Shown here piece after piece: positions 57,366-64,000 of a stretch of DNA of 64,000 nt; positions within the stretch are counted from its first letter, which is position 1, and every line of letters starts with the position of its first letter. The translations under genes were made by a program, and so were the position numbers. Where the stretch lies: NCBI GenBank assembly GCA_964473825.1, contig CAYYQL010000006.1, forward strand, positions 32,001 to 96,000, written 5' to 3'. This DNA is from an uncultured archaeon. Its GTDB lineage: Archaea > Asgardarchaeota > Thorarchaeia > Thorarchaeales > Thorarchaeaceae. The notes beneath the pieces were generated by a model. The model had not been told where the DNA came from. It worked only from the letters and a program-made list of their open reading frames with translations, and ran no database searches.

Positions 57366-57891
57366 ATGGTCAACATAGATGTCCCTTATGTGCCTCAGAA
57401 GGGGAGCACAGACTGCGTAATTGCGTGTACCATGATGTTCCTGCGGTGGGGAAAAGACACATATGATGACTTTGTGGAGTTCAAATAGGGAGAGCTCGAA
57501 ACAATCATAGGAGTTGGAAAGGACGGGTCACGCCTATGTGACGTGCAGAAGCTGAACCGTGAAAAGCGGATAACAAAGCACCGCTGGAAGCCTCGGTTCT
57601 ACTGCGGCCCGCCGACTTCCATACAATTCCTATGGGATGAACTACAGGATGGACGACCATTGATAGCATTCCTACTGGTCGAGAAGCCAGACGGAGTGGA
57701 TGAAGCATGCAGTCGTTCTCACAGGTCGCTCCAAAGACAGAACGCAGGTCACATACTTGGACCCACTGAATGAGAGTCCTGTGACAGAGACCACTGGCGG
57801 CTTCCTAGAGAAGTGGGAGAGCCTCTACAGATACTGTGTACATCTTGATATCACCGAGGAATATGTATTGACTGACTTCATGGAGGAGTAA
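57366..57891 (+). pseudogene. C39-like (papain-fold) peptidase pseudogene
   Basis: VPYVPQ....DC.IAC, ELQDGRPLI, HAVVLTG and YLDP; in-frame TAG at 57486 and a +1 frameshift near 57697. Confidence 0.75.
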
Positions 57892-57896
57892 CGAAG

Positions 57897-58838
57897 ATGA
57901 GTATAGAACGTACTGTGGATGACTATGTCATTCGAAACTATGGACATCTCGTCCTGAACACACCTCCAGAGTTTAACGAAGATTCGGGCCTGTGGATATC
58001 CAAGCTTCACTCGGACTACCCTATTCTTATCCAAGACGACCGAGAGAAGAAGAGACGAATTCAGTTCCTGAAGGTCAATGTTCTTGGTTACGTCACATTC
58101 ACAGAGAAGCTACAGCTGGTGCCAGAGAAGACCACCACCGAAGAGGACCTTCAAGGGAAGTTGACAACTTTTCTGGATATGTGGAGGTCATATGCAGAGA
58201 GAGTTGTGATATCGGCTACAGCTGATCGTGTTGCGGAGCTATGGGAAGTGTCCAGCGCATTGAATCCAATCTACGAGATTGTGAACTTCGTCTGGGACAA
58301 TGAGTATGTGACCCTTGACTGCTTCGAGGGAGATAGGTCAAGAAGCAAACGCAAGGTGAAGCACTATCTTTCATTGTTGGAAGATTTGAACCTCCTTCGG
58401 AAATATGAGGGTCGATATGTTGCTGGGAATCTCTTCGTGACTCTGAGAGCGCAGACGGGTCACTTCCAGGACTTCTTGACCAGTGTATATTCGGAGGTGT
58501 TACGTAAAAGATATCCGTATCTGAAACAGGTGGTGGGGCATAGCAGTCTTGAAACCGTCATTCATATCGGGAACGTGGTATACTACCCTGAACTCTACGC
58601 TCGAGAAGCAGTTCCTCGAAACAAGAGTACACTTGTCGATGAATACGCGCTAGAGTATGGATCCCGTATTTCAGCCCCGAGATTGAGTGGCTATCTTCGT
58701 AAGTTGAGAGAGATTGAAGTGATTGAAGAAGAGAACGGACTGTACTCTGGTACGGATTCACTACGAGAGAAGATGTTTTCTATCCAGAAAGAGATGCAGT
58801 CACCGGATCAGGTCTGGGACATCCCCTGTCCCGTGTAA
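57897..58838 (+). CDS. Hypothetical protein, possibly two winged-helix domains
   Basis: 313-aa ORF; YLSLLEDLNLLRKYEGRY and YLRKLREIEVIEEENGLY look like wHTH ends. Confidence 0.7.
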   Translation: MSIERTVDDYVIRNYGHLVLNTPPEFNEDSGLWISKLHSDYPILIQDDREKKRRIQFLKVNVLGYVTFTEKLQLVPEKTTTEEDLQGKLTTFLDMWRSYAERVVISATADRVAELWEVSSALNPIYEIVNFVWDNEYVTLDCFEGDRSRSKRKVKHYLSLLEDLNLLRKYEGRYVAGNLFVTLRAQTGHFQDFLTSVYSEVLRKRYPYLKQVVGHSSLETVIHIGNVVYYPELYAREAVPRNKSTLVDEYALEYGSRISAPRLSGYLRKLREIEVIEEENGLYSGTDSLREKMFSIQKEMQSPDQVWDIPCPV

Positions 58839-58979
58839 AGAAAGAATACGATTCTAGTACTGCAAACAACTTCGTCTATAGTCCTTTGTATTCCTCGTTG
58901 AGGATTGATTCTCTGTACCCCTCGGACAACGATATCCTTTTTGGGTTGTACGGTAAACATCCAACTGGTGTGACGAAAC

Positions 58980-59681
58980 ATGCGTGGGGAGTCCCATCTT
59001 ACGGTATCTGTGCTAGTTGTGTTGCCAACCTGGATGGCCCTGTACAGGCTGTTGCAGGTGGATTTCGTATTTCTTGTCTATATCTTGGGAGGAGTCATGC
59101 TTGGCAGTCTGCTACCTGACGTCGATGCATCCGATGCAAAGATCATGCACGGCTCGTGGAGAGTCATCGGCCTGTTCGGGAAGTATGCCTTCTACAGGCC
59201 CATGAGCTACCTTCTCCAGATGAAGAGCGACGACTTCCGTGACACCCACAGGGGCTATCTGCACTCGCTGATCGGTTGCCTTCTCGCCACGGTCTATTTC
59301 GCTGTTCCGGTTGGGGTCTTGTTCGTGCTGTTCTATCTCGTATGGGCAGTACCTCTAAATCAGTCCATGTATCTCTGGTTCGCGTGGCTGGGAGTCCCTG
59401 TTGGGTTTCTCCTCCATCTTGTGGAGGACAGCTTCACCAAGTCCGGCGTTAGATGGTTCTTTCCGAGGGGAAGGGCGTACTCGAGCTCGACCAGTACGGG
59501 AAAGGCCTCCGAGCGGAATCTTGTGTCCGCTTTCTTCCTGACCTTCGGCATGCTTACCGTCTGGGCATACATACAGACGGGCTCATCAATCAATGTCCTT
59601 ATCGCAGCAACGCTGTCACTGATTCTGTTGGGGGTTGTTCGTTTCTTGAATCCAGTTATCAGCAAGCTGAGTGATGGGTAA
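58980..59681 (+). CDS. Membrane metal-dependent hydrolase (YdjM/DUF457-like)
   Basis: M...SH, GSLLPDVD, HRGYLHSL and HLVEDSFT..G motifs. Confidence 0.88.
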   Translation: MRGESHLTVSVLVVLPTWMALYRLLQVDFVFLVYILGGVMLGSLLPDVDASDAKIMHGSWRVIGLFGKYAFYRPMSYLLQMKSDDFRDTHRGYLHSLIGCLLATVYFAVPVGVLFVLFYLVWAVPLNQSMYLWFAWLGVPVGFLLHLVEDSFTKSGVRWFFPRGRAYSSSTSTGKASERNLVSAFFLTFGMLTVWAYIQTGSSINVLIAATLSLILLGVVRFLNPVISKLSDG

Positions 59682-59744
59682 AGAGATGTGAGTGTGAGAA
59701 CGAATGGGCTCATCAGCAGATCCCTGCCTCAATCAAGAACAGAC

Positions 59745-60110
59745 TCATTCCTCGGCAGCCACAGGACGCTCCCCAGCGTGCGAGCGCGAGAGCCGGTATC
59801 CCCATCGAGCCGACAGGTAGGCTGTCACAAGAACGAACGGGAATATGGTGGGATACAGCAGCGTGATCGGGGAGATGCCGAGCGCAGCGTAGACTCCTAC
59901 CAAGATCAAAGTCCATGTCACGACTGCTAAGAACTGGACAGGCCGCTGAGGGAGCCTTACAGACAGCTTACCCATGGAAAAACCAATGATGAGTGCCGCC
60001 ATCCCTCCAACAAGCAGAGACATCGCCAACACCATACCCCCGACAAATGTCGAAATCACCAACACATACACGCCAGTCATGGTCACCATTCTTCGCCCTT
60101 GTTCATGCAC
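59745..60110 (-). CDS. Small hypothetical membrane protein
   Basis: Several hydrophobic segments. Confidence 0.5.
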   Translation of the reverse strand: MHEQGRRMVTMTGVYVLVISTFVGGMVLAMSLLVGGMAALIIGFSMGKLSVRLPQRPVQFLAVVTWTLILVGVYAALGISPITLLYPTIFPFVLVTAYLSARWGYRLSRSHAGERPVAAEE

Positions 60111-60212
60111 TCCATTTCATGAGGATATAGGTGTGATGTGAGAACACTCGACTAAAGAAGAACCGAGTCTAGAAATGCTGTTTAGAGTCTGGGTATGTCT
60201 GTGGAAGAGGTT

Positions 60213-60237
60213 ACGTTACTTGGAACACGTGTTCTAA
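60213..60237. promoter_or_regulatory. Palindromic motif copy 2 (ACGTTACTTGGAACACGTGTTCTAA)
   Basis: 24/25 identical to 36701-36725; lies between divergent genes. Confidence 0.65.
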
Positions 60238-60346
60238 TATCATACAACACATAGGCCAACCCATAAAAGTATACAAAACTATTGTTAATACTGGCCTGTG
60301 GTGAGCCTCTAGGAGGCCTCACAGGGACCCAAATACGAAGTAGATA

Positions 60347-61072
60347 ATGATGAGTAAGACCGAAGCTAGGGTACGAATGGAACCGACAACAGACAGTCCC
60401 GAGAAGGTCAGGGTTCTGATGACCGAGTTTGTGACCCATGACGTGAAGAGATTCGTTGTAGAGAAACCATCCAATTACCAGTATATTCCGGGACAGGCAA
60501 ACCTTGTTGCGTTAGACGAAGAGGAGTGGCGCGATGAGCTTAGACCGTTTACGTTCACGTCTCTGAACGAGGACCTCGTGCTTGAGTTCACTGTCAAAGG
60601 ATATCCGGAGCATGAAGGAGTAACAGATAGACTACATCACTTGCAGGCTGGAGATGAAATAATACTACATGAGCCTTTTGGGACCATCGTCTATCAGGGC
60701 CAGGGGTACTTCTTGGCCGCCGGGGCCGGCATCACCCCCTTCATCGCAATCATCCGTCATCTCAAGAACCATGAGAGAATAGAGGGAAACACCCTCATGT
60801 TTTCTAACAAGAGGGCGAAGGATGTAATCCTGGAGAAAGAGTTCCGGGAGACCTTCGGAGATCACTTCATCCCCACGCTTACGGAGGAAAAGAGGCACAG
60901 ATACGAACACGGCCGGATAGACAAGGATTTCCTCTCCAAGAGAGTGGACACTGACAAGTACTTCTATATCTGTGGGCCAGATGCCTTCGTGAAAGATCTG
61001 GTATCTGTCCTGAAAGACATGGGCGTCGAGGAGGACCGGATTGTTGTCGAGCGCCTCATATTCATGCATTAG
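60347..61072 (+). CDS. FNR-family FAD/NAD(P)-binding oxidoreductase (flavodoxin reductase-like)
   Basis: PGQA, RPFTFTS, AAGAGITPF and YICGP motifs. Confidence 0.9.
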   Translation: MMSKTEARVRMEPTTDSPEKVRVLMTEFVTHDVKRFVVEKPSNYQYIPGQANLVALDEEEWRDELRPFTFTSLNEDLVLEFTVKGYPEHEGVTDRLHHLQAGDEIILHEPFGTIVYQGQGYFLAAGAGITPFIAIIRHLKNHERIEGNTLMFSNKRAKDVILEKEFRETFGDHFIPTLTEEKRHRYEHGRIDKDFLSKRVDTDKYFYICGPDAFVKDLVSVLKDMGVEEDRIVVERLIFMH

Positions 61073-61248
61073 AGAGATAGGACCCGTAGTTCTGCGCTGT
61101 AGATCGCAGTGGCAATCAGGCGAGCAATGACAGGAGCCCAATCAGAGCCAACTGGATATACGCGAGAGCGAGTACGGTATATGATGCACAAGAGCATGCA
61201 TCACTCTTCCGACAGAGATATCACTACCTGCTGGTTGAGCCGTCTGCC

Positions 61249-62193
61249 ATGAGATATCCCATTGTCACTGATGAGCAGATAGACGAACTCATAGAGATCG
61301 AGGACGTCATACCGAGGATTGAGGAGGCCATGCGGGAACATGCCAATGGCACCCTCACTGCGCCCCCAAGACTGGTTGTTGATGCAGGAGCAGGCTCGCT
61401 TGTATTCACAGCCGGAGCCCTGACGGGACAGGAACCAGTAGCAGGTTTTCGGGTCTACGAGACGTTCCCAAAGGAAGAACCAGGCCATACACAGCTGGTC
61501 GTCAGCTATGATGGAGAGACTGGTGTCATGCAGGGGATCATCGTCGGATTCAGAGTGGGTGTGATCCGTACAGGAGCCATTGGTGGAGTCGCAGTCAAGC
61601 ACCTTGCAAGGGATGATGCAAGCACGGTGGCAATGATAGGCTCGGGAACGCAGGCGCGGTCACAACTCATAGCGGTGAATGCTGTGAAAGACTTGGAGCA
61701 GGTCCGTGTCTATAGCCCCACTAAGAGCCACCGAGAGGCCTTCTCCGAGGAGATGTCAAAAGCGCTCAACTTGGAAGTGATGGCCGTCGAATCTCCGAGA
61801 GATGCCATTGAGGACACTGACATAGTGATCTCCGCGACACGAAGCAAGACCCCGGTCTATGATGCTGAACTACTGAAACCGGGAATGCATGTGACAACGC
61901 TAGGGCCGAATCTTGTGGGCACGAATGAGATAGAGATGGGAGTTGCAGACAGAAGCGACGTGATCGTCACAGATTCACTTGCACAACTGGACAGCTACGG
62001 CGAGTATACGACGCCTTACTTCCTATCGGAGACTAGACATAGAGAACGAATTCACGAGTTGAGAGATGTTATTGTCGGAAAACGGGCTGGACGAGGGTCT
62101 GAAGATGATATCACCCTGTTCTGTTCCGTTGGACTGGCTGGCACTGAGGTAGTTGTGGCAAATGAGGTATTCAAGCGCTTAGCCGGCCGGTAG
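61249..62193 (+). CDS. Ornithine cyclodeaminase/mu-crystallin family protein
   Basis: RTGAIGGVAVKHLAR, IGSGTQA and ITLFCSVGLA motifs. Confidence 0.92.
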   Translation: MRYPIVTDEQIDELIEIEDVIPRIEEAMREHANGTLTAPPRLVVDAGAGSLVFTAGALTGQEPVAGFRVYETFPKEEPGHTQLVVSYDGETGVMQGIIVGFRVGVIRTGAIGGVAVKHLARDDASTVAMIGSGTQARSQLIAVNAVKDLEQVRVYSPTKSHREAFSEEMSKALNLEVMAVESPRDAIEDTDIVISATRSKTPVYDAELLKPGMHVTTLGPNLVGTNEIEMGVADRSDVIVTDSLAQLDSYGEYTTPYFLSETRHRERIHELRDVIVGKRAGRGSEDDITLFCSVGLAGTEVVVANEVFKRLAGR

Positions 62194-62586
62194 TCCGTTA
62201 GTCGATTCCTCCATCACTTCAAACCTGACATCAAGACCTGATGCCTTCCACCAGATCTCCCGGATGTACTGGACATGGCCTCGTGTGACCCTGTCAGTCT
62301 TGAACTTGTTATCGCTGACGCAGTCGTATTCGCGGTTCAGGCACCGGACGCACCATCGACAATCAGACTTCACGACTACTCTCTCAGTGGGAGTAAGCGT
62401 TCTTGCATAGTCTAGTGCTCGAAGAATGGCCATCAGACTCATCTGACGAGAAGTTGTCCCACTTGATGCTCCTTCTTCATAGTGGAAGAGTAATGGTTGC
62501 TCCTTCGAGTCACCTTCGTAGACCTGATAGGACCACTTGCCCTCTCCTCTGATGCAGGAGCCCCAGGTGTAGACTATGATAGACAT
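62179..62586 (-). CDS. RNase HI-fold protein with degenerate active site
   Basis: IVYTWGSC (for YTDGSC), TSRQMSLMAILRAL (for TNNRMELxA) and VKSDCRW. Confidence 0.7.
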   Translation of the reverse strand: MSIIVYTWGSCIRGEGKWSYQVYEGDSKEQPLLFHYEEGASSGTTSRQMSLMAILRALDYARTLTPTERVVVKSDCRWCVRCLNREYDCVSDNKFKTDRVTRGHVQYIREIWWKASGLDVRFEVMEESTNGLPAG

Positions 62587-62654
62587 CGATATGGACGAAC
62601 CTCCGTTTATGCCACTATACAGAAGCGGAGGGGTTTTTGACAGTTGCCAAAATC

Positions 62655-62807
62655 CTGGACAAACCTGGACATCATTCTGAAGGTGTTTATATATGACTGA
62701 TAGGTATGCTAGAGTGAGGGTGTCCAGACACTTCCCCGGTCCCTGACAAGGCCATTCCCAGTGCCGTTGTCTGGGAGGACAAAGCTTTGGTGTCCAGATT
62801 TGTCCAG
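62655..62807. repeat. 153-bp segment bounded by 20-bp imperfect inverted repeats (MITE-like or invertible)
   Basis: CTGGACAAACCTGGACATCA versus TGGTGTCCAGATTTGTCCAG (18/20); internal TTTATATA. Confidence 0.65.
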
Positions 62808-62895
62808 CTTACAATGAACGGCCAATAAGCCAATCGGAATGGCATCCCGGGCCTACCTCAACAACCCCACTCAGGACCAATGCATCTATACTGGT

Positions 62896-63990
62896 TCATC
62901 TGATAGGCTCGGTCTTGCCTCCCGTTGTATGAGATATCATCGGAGCGACTGCTTGGGAAGCAGCCTCGTCGACAGGCACGGTTGAGGAGGGTGGACTAGT
63001 CCACTTCTTTATCTTGCGCTCCACATCTTCCACCTTGTAGCGGCCTGCAAGCAGAAAGAGAACTGGAAAGGATACTAAGAAGAGTAGCATCCCAAAGGAA
63101 AGAATGATAGGATTTGTGTATACGTCTGGACCCTGGTAACCGCTGGCAGGACCAATCTTGAGAGTCTCGTTGAAGAAGTTGAAGAGGGTGTGGGCAACAA
63201 TAGGAGCCATCAGTGACCTGCCCGAGCTGAAGCGTTCATAGTAGACTCCGAAGAAACCTCCCAGAAGCCCTGAGAAGACAACAAGAGCTATACCACCCAT
63301 GAGCTCACCAGTCACAAGCACCCAACAAGCATGCCATATTCCAAAGACAAGGGCGGAAACGGTAATGGCTAGGTTCGCGCTGAGCTGGGTCTTCAGTCCA
63401 TTCTGCAGAAGACCACGGAATAGTGTCTCTTCCATGATAGCATTCACAAGGAAGAAGAACAGCACATAGGGAAGCAACTCCGGGTTGACCACACTGAGGG
63501 TGAGGGGGTAGGTTGGATCCATGATGGCGGCATAGAGGACCACAGCACCGAGATCGACGATGACGAACAGGACCATGAACAGAAGGATTCCGATGCCTAA
63601 GTGAACAACGATGCTACTGTCGCTGATTCCCAGTACCGAGTGAATCTCCTTGGGGCGGTATTGCCAGAAGACGTACAGGATGATCGCCAGGGGGAGAGCC
63701 TTTGATGGAAGGATGTTGAGCCAAGTATCGCCCAAGTTGAGAACAAGGATGTCTATCAGTCTGAATACGATTGAAAGGGCAAGTATACACAGAGCGAGAG
63801 GTAGTAGATTCATGCGGGTGAGCAGAGAGGTTTCTGCAACCTCCTCGTCCCGCTCAGGATTGGATGGAGGCGATAAGAGTTCTTGTGAAGACCGAGAGCT
63901 GGAGAAACGAAACCACGGATTAATCAGGCCAACGGTGGCCAGCATCATCATGACCATACTCAGGATGTCTGGAATGACCTCCAGACCCAT
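62896..63990 (-). CDS. CPBP/CAAX-family intramembrane metalloprotease
   Basis: EETLFRG, FGIWH and H..FN motifs; start may lie beyond the window. Confidence 0.88.
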   Translation of the reverse strand: MGLEVIPDILSMVMMMLATVGLINPWFRFSSSRSSQELLSPPSNPERDEEVAETSLLTRMNLLPLALCILALSIVFRLIDILVLNLGDTWLNILPSKALPLAIILYVFWQYRPKEIHSVLGISDSSIVVHLGIGILLFMVLFVIVDLGAVVLYAAIMDPTYPLTLSVVNPELLPYVLFFFLVNAIMEETLFRGLLQNGLKTQLSANLAITVSALVFGIWHACWVLVTGELMGGIALVVFSGLLGGFFGVYYERFSSGRSLMAPIVAHTLFNFFNETLKIGPASGYQGPDVYTNPIILSFGMLLFLVSFPVLFLLAGRYKVEDVERKIKKWTSPPSSTVPVDEAASQAVAPMISHTTGGKTEPIR

Positions 63991-64000
63991 CGCGGTGAGT

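Overview
Archaeal chromosome segment, most likely Asgard (Thorarchaeia-like). This is inferred from the co-occurrence of eukaryote-type topoisomerase IB, a longin-like protein, L38e, SepF, Alba and aCPSF1. 1-27 kb is mostly conserved informational and core genes: NOP2/NIP7, sucCD, L40e/L38e/L21e/L37e, truD, pth2, pus10, rpo4, rsmA, proteasome beta, aCPSF1 and Sm, plus two divergent Hel308-like helicases. 27-64 kb is accessory-rich. Read by hand, the window holds six complete tRNA genes, five of them beyond 27 kb. Four carry a total of seven bulge-helix-bulge (BHB) introns, all 29-31 nt, including a triple-intron tRNA-Gly(GCC) with a 5-nt micro-exon. The strongest candidate for a new system is the 48.3-56.9 kb island next to tRNA-Gly(TCC). 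A 1527-aa RecB/Cas4-like nuclease gene is divergent from two tandem TnpB/Cas12f-like genes. Both TnpB-like proteins have the Fanzor-type rearranged RuvC glutamate, a PIP-box-like tail and a covarying omegaRNA-like 3' structure. Copy 1 is bracketed by a 23-bp inverted repeat, and no transposase or CRISPR array is present. All calls come from motif reading; no searches were run.
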